DNA from: Chrysomallon squamiferum
Taxonomy: Eukaryota; Animalia; Mollusca
DNA length: 64,000 nucleotides
Direction: 5' to 3'
Assembly (NCBI GenBank): GCA_012295275.1
Contig: CM022665.1
Span: 46,996,001-47,060,000 of the forward strand
Shown here: piece after piece, positions 1-12,483 of the stretch
How positions within the stretch are numbered: the first letter of the stretch is position 1
Layout of the letters: every line of letters starts with the position of its first letter
Made by a program: the position numbers and the translations under genes
The notes under the pieces: generated by a model
Seen by the model: only the letters and a program-made list of their open reading frames with translations
The model's database searches: none
Told to the model about the DNA's origin: nothing

Positions 1-270
1 TAAGCATAAATATCCACAACTGAACAGATTTTGCCATGAATAGATATAAAATAAATAAATAAACAAATATACAATAAAATCTGGGTATTAAAATGACTTA
101 TGATAGTATTTAGCAGTAGAGCTGTATATTACACAAGTTAACATATAAATGTGTTATTTTTTACTAGTCACTCTTTTAGTTTAATAATACATACTCTGAG
201 CTTCATTCAGACATTAATTTCAGTTCTAAAAGTGAAACAAACTGTATGATGAGATATTTTCTTATTTCAG

Positions 271-1395
271 TAAGCACTCTGCAGGTTACTGGACTTTCAC
301 AACAATCATCAACACTAAACTCAGTGACAGTGACGTGGACAGAACCAGCAGACACAACGTCTGTTGTAACTGGTTACACAGTGACATGGACACCAGCATC
401 TACAACTAATACAAACAGCACTGATGTAACAAAGGGATCTACTACATACAACATAATCAGTCTTCAACCTGGAACACAGTACTCAGTAAAAGTGACAACT
501 AAAATTTCTTACAGATCACAGACAACAGTGACACTGGCAAAAACAGTAAAAACAAGTAAATACTCATCTTAGTCTCAAAAGTAATAAAATTAGTTTGTTT
601 GACATAAATAATATAAAGATAGTTGATAATTTGAACAAACATTTTGGGAGAGATTGTTCATTAGGTTGAAGGTATGTAATTTTAGTGTTATATCTAAAAT
701 TTATTTTTTATTACTAAATTGCCATTTATAATTTACATTTCTTAAAATTAAATGAAACCTTTGTATATATATATATATATAATTTTTTTTATTTTAAATC
801 CTCAATTTCGGTCTGAGGCATTTGCCTCAATGTAGTTATGAGCATCATATACATACATAGATACATATATATATATATACACACACACACATATACATAC
901 ATACATACATATATATATATATGTTGTTAGAGAGAAAAAAAAGTTACATATTTATAAGATAGATATTTAAATGTCACTTTCCTTGCATCTTCCCAAACTT
1001 CGTATTTTATGATACTAATTTATAACTAACACAGTCTGGATAATAATCATCTGATAGTATAAAGAATATACCTGTTTATTTTTACTAAAGTGCCCTTTAA
1101 GATTAATGTATTTTAGTAATATCACAACAATATTATTAAAATTTAAATCAAAGGTTTCAAAACAATGAGTTTTAATATATAATTATTATTATTATAGGTT
1201 TCAAAATTTCAAAGTTTTATTACATTTCATTTTCTTTTTATGTTAAAATTTTTAAAACCTTTCAGTAATAATAATAATAATAATGTTATTATTAAAACAA
1301 AAAGGTTTTTATTACTATTATTTTCCTTTTATTAATCTTTACTTTATATTTTTAATTTTTACAAGACTGAAATTACTTTGTTTAATTAATATTTA

Positions 1396-1455
<60 letters not shown>

Positions 1456-2990
1456 CTAACATTTAATTTACACAGGTGATATCTTATTAAACAGAAACAC
1501 AATTTTTTAAATAAAATTAATCGTGATGGTGCATATTTTGTAATGAATGGATAACTGTGTAACAGTATTTTTACTATTATGAATATAATGATATTTCAGA
1601 AAAACCTTTGGATCAAGAATGTTTAAACAGCAATGAGTGTGGAACTTCAAATGCAGAGTGCAGTGAAAATGAGAGTCAAACGAAAGTTTGTAGATGTGCA
1701 TCTGGATTTTATCCTAAAGATTCGTCTTGTTTGAACAGTAAGTTGAAGTTTACTTCGAGAATAAAAAAAAAAAAAAATAGTAATAATAATAATAAAAAAA
1801 TAACATAAATAAATAAAAACTGCAGCAATCACTGAACACGCAGACACACAAAACGGACTAAAAATAAAATAATTAAACTACAATGGAATTATTTTACTCT
1901 TTTGCTGGGAAATGTTAATACATTTATTTTGTGAAGTCAGAAAACTAACATTTACCTGATGGAGTGGATAATTAAATCAGATATGTACATATGTGTGTAT
2001 AGATATAATTTTTTTGTTTGTTTGTTGTTGTTTTTGGTTTTTATTTTGTTTTTTAAATAAAAAGTATGAATGATTTTTACAGTAAAAGTGAAATAATTGT
2101 TAGATTACATTTCTAGCTTAGAAATTTATACTCTCAGGTACATTACAAATTACATTGTGATATAATTTGAAAGTGGCTTTATTTTATTGTAATTAACACT
2201 AATTCTGTAATCAGGTATTTTCTTATTTCAGTAAGCACTCTGCAGGTTACTGGACTTTCAGAACAATCATCAACAATAAACTCAGTGACAGTGAACTGGA
2301 CAGAACCAGCAGACACAACATCTGTTGTAACTGGTTACACAGTGACATGGACACCAGCATCTACAACTAATACAAACAGCGCTGATGTAACAAAGGGAAC
2401 TACTACATACAACATAACCAGTCTTCAATCTGGAACACAGTACTCAGTAACAGTGACAACTAAAATTTCTTACAGGTCACAGACAACAGTGTCACCGGCA
2501 ACAACAGTAAAAACAAGTAAATACTCATCTTAGTCTGAAAAGTAATAAAATTAGTTTGTTTGACATAAATAATATAAAGATAGTTGATAATATGAACAAA
2601 AATTAGAGAGAGAGAGAGGTTGCTCAATAGGTTGAAGTTGTATAATTTTAGTGTTATAATTTAAATTTATTTTTAGTAACTAAATACACCAGAGTAAATA
2701 TAATAATGAAATTTTTAAAAATAATTTTATTCCATGGTATATATTATTATTAGTAGTAGTAGTAATAGTAGTAGTAGTAGTATTGTTATTGTTAAACTAT
2801 AATTATTAATTTTAAAAATTAAAAATTATTTTTTTGTTTTATTTTATTTAACTGTAAAAAAAATTTAAACTTTTTAATAGTAATAATAATAATAAGTTTT
2901 ATTCTTATTATTGAAATGAAAATGTTTTTATTACTATTATTTTCCTTTTATTATTCTTTACTTTATATTTTTAATTATTGAAAGATTAAA
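271..2990 (+). repeat. Tandem duplication (~1.96 kb offset) of an FN3 exon plus parts of its flanking introns
   Basis: Exons 271-555 and 2232-2516 are both 285 nt and differ at 14 nt by my count. Downstream intron stretches ~556-715 and ~1240-1375 recur at ~2517-2685 and ~2860-2990. Confidence 0.9.
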
Positions 2991-4456
2991 AACTGATTAT
3001 TATTATTTCTGCTTCATCTATTTTCTGAAATTAGTTTTTATAGGAAGTCTGTATAGATCTTTAAAAAACCTCAAAATTGTTAGCAATATTTTATGAGTCA
3101 TATTATTTGCATGCAACTTTTACTGTAAAATGACCTTGTCATTGCCTATGATCTGGGGTAATAATAATAATAATAAATAACAACAACAACAACAACAACA
3201 ATAACAAAGATATTCATAAATGTATAATAATCATACATTAATAATGTAAATCTAAAAGTAAATAAAAGCATAAGACTTGAAAAACCTGGTAAAAATGTGT
3301 TATTTTTAAAATCTAAATGATGTATTTTTAGAACCTGCTACTCCTGGTCCATATATGGACAGTATGAGCAACAAAACTGCACCAAACATTACTCTGAAGT
3401 TTAAAAAGTCAGATGGAATTGTTACCTCATACAAAGTCACTTTACTTGGTGTATCAAAGACCTACAATTCTACACAGAACATAACACCACAATCTGGACA
3501 AGTCTACCAGCAGGTGATCTTTACAGGAATAACAGCTGGACAGTATTACACATTACAAATCACAGCTTACAGCAATGGACTTTCAAGTGAAATTTACACA
3601 TCAGAACCTATACGTGCATCTGTTAAACGTAAGTTCATCAGTTTTTTTTTATGTTTTGAAATCTTGATAGTGTTTTGTTTTCTTTTATTATAAAGAAATA
3701 ATGTTAATTTTCATCAGTTATTGTTGGTTTTGGTGTAAATAATTACAGAAATTACTTTTCTACATAATTTCAGGATAACTTTTCTATGTAATGTGGAAGT
3801 GTGTGTGTGTGTGTGGGGGGGGTGTGTGGGTGGATGGGTGGGTGTGGCTACTCTTAATCTGTTGCTATGAAGCAACAAACAGATTTTAGTTTTGAATGTT
3901 GTATTTTATTAATGTACAAATTCTGTTGTATATAGTAACTAACTCTTCTTTTTTTATCTATGTAAATCTTAAAATTTCAGATAACATTCAGCACTGGTAT
4001 AGTTTTAAAATTCAAACAAAAGTGTGATCTTCAAATAAAATTAAACACAAATTATGTTTGTCCTCAGGTAATAAGATGAGTTACAACACATTTACAGCTA
4101 GCTACACACAGCTGATTCTTTTTAATAACTGTATTATTAGGTGTCATGAATTCAGATAATTAAACAGTTTTTTTATTATTTTTATTATTTCAGCACCGGG
4201 TGTTGTATCAGAGCTGACTATCACAGATGTTACACACAGCTCAATGAAAACAAGCTGGAGGAAGCCAGCAGCACCTAATGGTGACATCACAGCTTATATC
4301 ATAAATGTGATATCTGAAGATATCTGCCAACAGAAAATTGTGTTTATCTGTAAGGACTGTGAAAATATGACGGTATGTTGCTCTACAATATACTAGCTTC
4401 ATTATAAGACACACCAGGTTTAAGTGGCTTCATGAATTAATTAATAAACATTATTT

Positions 4457-4510
<54 letters not shown>

Positions 4511-7500
4511 GTGTGTCTGTTAAATTAATAAATTTAACTGTAAATAAATTTTGATCTTACTTTTATCTATTTTATTAACAGAATGTTTAATAACATTTGT
4601 TAAGAAAAGATGCTTCATTAAAATGTTGAATATAAAATGATTTTTTGTTGGGTTTTTTTGCCTTTTGAAACACTTTTCATTTATTTCAATCAAAAGACTT
4701 TTTAAAATAAATGTATTGATTAAATTCTTTTATTTCTCAGGATCTCGAGGACCCCTCATGTAAAAATGTTAATAAAAGTACAATAGAGATGAAAAAAGCT
4801 GAACTGAACAATGACTCAATCACGTTTCACTACACAATAAAAAATCTTCACCCTTTTACCAACTACACAGTTGATGTTTTCTCTCACAATGAGCTGGATG
4901 CAGGAGACCATGTTCAACAAATCCGTGAAACAGAAACCAAAGGTACAAAATTAATATGTTCTATATATGGACATTATTATTATTATTATTATTATTAACA
5001 ATATTTTTGATATTTTAATTATTCACTGCTTATGAAAGAAATATATTCATTAAAAGTAATTAAATTTCCATATTTTCGTCACACTCTTTCCATTAAACTA
5101 TTTTACACATAAATAATAATAACAACAAAAAAAAAAAAAAAAAAATAAATAAATAAATAAATAAAGAAATAAATAAAATAATAAAAATAAAGAATAAAAT
5201 ATATAAAAAAATGTAAATATAAATATGAAATAAAATAATGGAGTCACATTATTAACAAAAAGCAAACATAGATAAAAACTATTAAATAACTATAGATATA
5301 TCTTTAGGACAATCGTTAAAAAAGATATCAAGTTTAATAATAATTATCTTAATAATTACTCATATTTGTTGCATACTTATGGCATTTAAATTCTTGACTT
5401 CAAAATACTGATGATAAATTAATCTGTTTTATCTTTTTAATGACAAAATATATATACCTATTTAAAAAAAAAGAAAAAAGAAATGTAACCATAAATTAAA
5501 TAATAAAAATAAACACTGTCAATGACAATAATATTACATTTATTTTATATTTAGAAATGTCTGAACCCTAAAATGTAATTCAAAGTGTCCTACTATTATA
5601 AGAATACTATCAAGTGAAGACTGTGCCACACAATATTTTGCAAAGACAAATTTTAACACTGATTTCAGTTAATGTGAAGTTTTCAAATATAAATCACTAC
5701 AATTTGTTAACAACATTAGAATTAATCTCTATATAAACTACTTTATATTATTAAAAAGACAAAAAAAGGAAAATATTTTGAAAACATTTTGACAGTTCCA
5801 AACATTTTCTTGGAAAAAACTGTTAAAAATTTTAACTTTTTATTGTGTATATTTGAACTTACAGGAAGATAAATGTTTGTTTATTTTTAAATTAAATTTA
5901 AAAAAATGTATTTTACAGCTGCAGACACACCAACCGAATTTAAATCTTCTGATACAAACAGTTCTTCAATAACACTGTCATGGAAACCAGAACCTGTACG
6001 TCCAGGAATCACAAATTACAATTTAACTGTTTTTGAAAAATCAGAAACTGGGGATGAATATGAACTGATGTCATCTTTTGATATCAAAGGTAATTATTTG
6101 TGTTATGTTTAACACACTGAATGGATACAATAACGAATGAATAAAAACAATAATAACATTAGAAAAAGGAAATTTCATTGTTGAATATTTAAAACCAAAA
6201 ATATTTTATTTAACAATTTATTTTATTTATTATTTCATTATTTCATTTTATTTATTTATTATATTATTATTATTTTATTATTATTTATTTATTTATTTGA
6301 TTATTATTATTATTTTATTATTATTATTTATTTATTTTATTTAATTTTATATCATTTCATTTTATGTTATTCTTATTTTATTTTTTCAATGCAATTTTTC
6401 AGTTCAAATTGTGTTTCAATAATTGACGTAATAGCTAAATGTTTTTGAAGCATAATATTTGCCACAATGACATTTTAATGAAGCTTGAAGTGAAAACAAT
6501 AGATCTAAATAACAGAAAGTGTATTTTTAAAACATAATATATGTAAACCTGTGTTGTTGTAGTTGCTGTTTTGTGTTTTGTCAGGTTGGAATGAAGACAG
6601 TTATGTTGTCACAGGGTTGTCAAGTTACTGGGATTACAACTTTACTCTGACAGCAAGTACTTCAGCTGGAGAATCATCAGCAACATCAACAGGTCCAATA
6701 AGAACTGAACAATCAGGTAGTTATTGTTTTTACTGGAACTGTGTGTTACTTTTATAGTAATCCACCAAAACTAATATTACTGTATTCAGCATTTTGGTAC
6801 AATTCAAAATGGATGGGAGTTAAAAATTTAAATATGTGATTATTTTATGTAATGTTATTGTTAAATATTATTGTTATCTCATATTGACTAACTGTCAAGC
6901 TAAAATGTCAATAAAATGATAAACAAAAAACACACAAATCTAACACACACATATTTATAAACACAACTGTTTTTGGCTATAGGAAAGTATCACTGTAGCT
7001 GTTGTTTTGATATATGTATCGCTAATAATGCACTTTAAGGTATACAAATAACATGACAGATAATACTTAACAGACATTATTTAGTTTGAAAATAATGACC
7101 CCAGTATTATATATTTATATATAAGAAATTACAAAGTATATTTTAATACCCATTATTTAGTATGAAAATGGTAACTGAATGTAATTATATTCTATTCCAG
7201 CCCCAAAAGCTGTCAAAACTTTCACTGTGACAAAAATTGAAAACAACTACACTGAAGTGACAGTGAACTACGAGTGTCCAAAACAAAAAGATGGAAGAAA
7301 TGGAGAAATACAAACTTCTAAATTAACATACAGTTCTTCCGAGGTAAGAAAATTGTAATATTTAAAATACTGTTTCAGACAACTGTGTCTGTATTACTGA
7401 ATTACTTTTGTGTTTATTTATTAAAATTTCACATGTTTATATAATCACCTGTTAATGATACAGTTTACTGTTCTGTAAGCAGAATGATGAAAAGAGAGAG

Positions 7501-9409
7501 TAAGAATCTAGTTATTCCAAATGTTTGTTTTTACAGCCAGGTGCTTTAACAGGTGACAAAGATGTACCAAATGATGGCTCCTGTCGCTTTTCTCTCACAG
7601 TGGATGTAACACCTGAACATAACTACACATTTTCTGTAAGTATGGTTATAACTACATCATGTGTAACTTTACATTTTCTTTAATGCCATTTAACTATAAC
7701 TTTACATTTTGTGGAAGTATATTATAACTTACATGTAACTGTATATTTTGTGGAAGTACGGTATAACTGACATGTAACTTTAACTTTTCTGGAAGTACAG
7801 TTGTAACTTAACTGTGACTTTACATTTTCTGGAAGTACAGTTTGACTTACACGTAACTTTACATTTTTTGTTAGTTCAACTTAACAATAACTAACTGAAC
7901 ATATAGTTCCAACTAGAATAATGAACAAATTTATAGCAAGAAATATGTGAACATAACCATCTTCATCCACAAAAGTAACAATTTGAGTCATTTTATGCCA
8001 TTTCAGTAATCTAGCACAGCAAAAATGCTTGTAGCTGATTTAATAAAGAATATCATTAATCATCACATTTTATATAGCAAAAAATTTCAAACCATGACTG
8101 AAATAATAATCAATAATTTTCTTTCCCTTTTTGAAATTCTCATTTTTCAAAATAATATCACTTTTCTGTCTTAATTCAAAATTTCAGTTTGTTAGTAGAA
8201 ATTTTTAAAAGATTTTAAATGAAATAATAATAAAAACTGTTGGAGTGAGTAAATCAATGTTTTACATATAAATAACACGAAAAAAAAAAAAAAAAAAAAA
8301 AAATAACAGTAATAAAAATTAATCATCTTCTTTGTTTATTTTCTCAGGTCTTGTCCCTTTGTTGCCAAATTTCTTTATTAAAACAAAAAGTAACCAAATA
8401 AACTTGATACTTGTACACTTCAAGTAGTTCTGTTTCTCTTCTAGGTTAAACTGAAGACTATATCTTTTGGAGATGTGTCTGTGATCAACTTCTACACTAT
8501 TGCTGGACGTATGTTTTGTTTAGTTCTGTTATATTAATACCTGTATTTATCTGAAGATGTTTTTTTTTATTCCATTCATGCATGCAGTTAAAAGCTAAAT
8601 GTTCTATGGTTCTCAATTCAGTGTTGATTACAACAAAACAGTGCGCTCTGGGCCTTTTCCATATACTGCTTTCATATAATGAAAGAATAACTTGTAACAT
8701 TTTATTCTGTTGTCATGAATAAATGGTCTGAAATTTGATAAATATTTCATGTTACTAATTTTGTTTTATTTTCAGCACCACTATTGAAAGAGAAAATTGT
8801 AACAAAATCAATCACTTTGGGTTCTTCTGAAAGCAGCTTTGCCATGTTAGTTTATCCTCGTTCTATTTACAAACCGACAACTGGGAAAGTTTTACTGGCT
8901 GGTCTTATAGTTTACAGAAGTGATGTCAAGAAAGGTATTTCATGTTTGTAGAGGATAGATATGAGTGTATGAGCAGTTTCAATTCAAGTTTCAATATGTG
9001 AGATTATTCACATGAAATGGGGATTAAGACATTTGCCATTAGCTGGATTTTGATACTGCTTCCATCTTCAGTCTTGTATGGTTGCAGAGATTATGAATTC
9101 CAGACAGCTAAATTCTCGAAATCCTGGAAATTCTGCTTCATCTTTGACTAATTCTTTAATCAGGGGTTCAGAAAAATCCTTCAACAATGATTCTATGATT
9201 ATAAATATATGATTTTTTTTTTCTGATTGAATCTTTAGATATTTATATAGTCTATTCAATAAAAATCAAAAACATATTGAGTGCAATATGTTTTTTCTGG
9301 TTCTAATATTTTGACTTTATCTAAATTTTTCTCTGTAGGATTTTATAATGATCTGGTGTGCACATGTATGACAGTATATATGTGTGTGTATATGAGCATT
9401 TATTTTTGA

Positions 9410-9441
<32 letters not shown>

Positions 9442-12384
9442 ATGTATGTATGGGTATTTATGTATATATGTGTGTGTGTGTGTATATGTATGTAAGTATA
9501 TGTTGTAAGTATCTATATATATATATGTAAGTATCTAAGTTTGTATTTGTGTTTGTGTGGGTATTTCCAAGGACTGTTTATGTATATTTCTTTGTTTGAA
9601 GTGTGTATATACTGGTTTATATTACACTTACAAATCTGGAAGAGTAAAAGGTATACTGAGAGAAACTTTTACTTCATAAATCTTTTTTTTTCATAATACA
9701 CTGAAGAGTGTTTGTAGTATTAAACTGTGTGAAATATAATTTTTACAGCTGAACGACGTAAAAGGGAAGTTAAACAAATGGTTCACTATGAGGGTTATGC
9801 TACGTGGTATGACTCTGAAAAAGACGGGTTTAAAACGCCATACAGAGCCACCAACGAAAGCTGGATTAATCAAAGTAATATCAGACTATCTGTAATAGAA
9901 AACGTATGACACTTAACATGTCTGTTCATGTTGAATTTATATAGGACTATGTCAAAGATATATTTTGAAGATTTTTGTTAAAAGTCTTTGCTAATCTCTA
10001 TTTTATGACTTTCTGATGATTCAAGGTGTAAATATGTCAGTAAAATAATAAATCAGTGAATAATAATATAATATTAAATACCGAGTAAATATATGACAAT
10101 ATATTTAGAATATTCATAGATATTCATACAAGCTATATACTGTAGATATCTACAGATCTATCCATCTGTCTGAGTATCTATATCTTTTTAATATCTATCT
10201 ATTTATTTATCTACATGTATTATGACATATATGTTTTACAGATGCACCTTCAATGGAATACCAAATTGGAGTTATGAAATGTGATACACAGACTAAAAAA
10301 CCAGTCTTCTGTAATGGGCCACTGCCGGCCGGAACAAAATTTGTGTTAGTACAATGAATGATTATCTAACAAATTGTACTTATAACAATTGTTTTTTTTG
10401 TTTGTTTTTTTGTATTGTATAATTACTGTGATTAAAGTTGAAATTGGTTAACAATTAATGGTAGACTGTTATGATAAGGTAAGCTATATTTTAACAATTT
10501 AACAAAGCTGTTTATCTGATAAACTGTCCTACTTGCAGAGTTGTTGTGTTTGCCTGTACTAGTCAGGGATGTTCTGAAAGTTCCGGTTTTGATTTTGAAA
10601 CAAAACAGAGTAAGTGAAACTGTATTTCACATCATTACAAGTAATTACTTTTAAATATTTTCACTGTGCTTATGTTTTAGTAAATTGATTTGAACTTTAT
10701 CACTTTATTGTTTTAAAGAATGAGCTGAATGTTTAGGTCTCAAGGCTGAAGCTTTGGAGACCTTTATACATTTTAAAACTTTATTAAATTTTGACATTTA
10801 AGCATGAAAATGTGTAATCCTGATATCATTAACATGATTATACAGAAAGATGTTGCCATAATGGCTGATAGTGTCATTTTCATACAAATATTACATTACA
10901 GTGAAGGCTGTTACGAAAAACCCAGCACATAAATGTAGAATCAAAATAACATTTATCACTTGGGATCTGTATTAAAGTGACTAAATACTTTATTAAATTA
11001 AACTCTGTTTCTTTAGATTCAGAAAATGAAAAATGAAGACCTATGGCATATTTAATTATTAAATTTTATATCTCCTGTAAAGCATATTAATCTGGTTTAG
11101 TTATAAATCTAGACTTAATGAAAACTTAGAGCTTTTTTCTTTTCTTTTTTTTATCTTTGGAAAATGTTAACACAATCAGGAAATAAGTAACTTAAGTGCA
11201 GAAAATTCAGAATATTTTTCATGAATGAACAGAAAAACTTCACATTTTATTCAATAGAACTGACTGTTTCTTTAAATGAATGATTTTATCTACAGCTGAA
11301 ACTCAAATTGGACTCATTGTTGGCATTGTTATAGCTGTTATTGTTATTCTTGCTTTGGTCGTTGTCATTGTCTTCCTCATCAGGAGACGCAGAAGGTATG
11401 GTTAATTTTCATGAAGTGTTCTTTATCTACTCACTGAGAAATCAGTTATAACTTAGTGAAACGTAACTCAAAATAATTGTCTTAGTTGTCAGAATTTAAT
11501 TTAAATATATAATTGTGGTTTTTAAATCAATTACATGCTAAGATATTTTAACATCTTCATTAAACATAATTTCTAAATTTTTCTAATTACAAAACAAGTT
11601 ATTGTTTCAAACTAAACAAAACTCACTCATTCACTCACTCACTTAATTGTAAGCACAAAACTAGTTTTTACAGACATTTTCTGTTTTTGATTCCAGTTAT
11701 ATTGATGGTGATATCTGTCATATAATTTATACATAGTATTTGTTAAATTCCACATTTCAGGAAGTCACCTGGTGGCAAGTATAGGCCTGATCCTGATGTT
11801 CCTCTTCCTGAAATAGATAAAACAAGGTATATGAAACACACCATTTTAAGTATTAATTTCATTCAAGAGTTCTCTAAATTTATGTTGTTAATATTGTATA
11901 TAAAATTGGTAGGCATCAGTTGGCAACTTTTTCAATTCTCTTTCCTTTTCCTTATAAATATTTTATCACACTTTTAGTAAATTAGCATTCATCATTTTCT
12001 CCAAGTGAATTATTTTTAATATAGAAAATTTTATTTTCTCATTCTGTAAACCACACACACACATAAAACATAATAAAAGTAGATTTTTTGTATATATACA
12101 ATATTTATTTGTCACCATTATTTATTCATTATTTTTTTAAATAGACCTGTTACAATGGCCGACTTCAAACAACATGTTGAAACACTACACAAAGATTCAA
12201 AGCTTCTCTTTTCTCAAGAGTATGAAGTAAGATCATTTAGTTTGTGTATTTTAAATTAATAAATACCCTTTGTTAACTGTGTACATACCAACATTTTGAA
12301 AAATTATTTTATTTTCGTATCTTGAAACTTTTTTCTGACATGAAAATACCAAAAAAACAATCACATATTGAAAACAAATATTTA

Positions 12385-12483
<99 letters not shown>

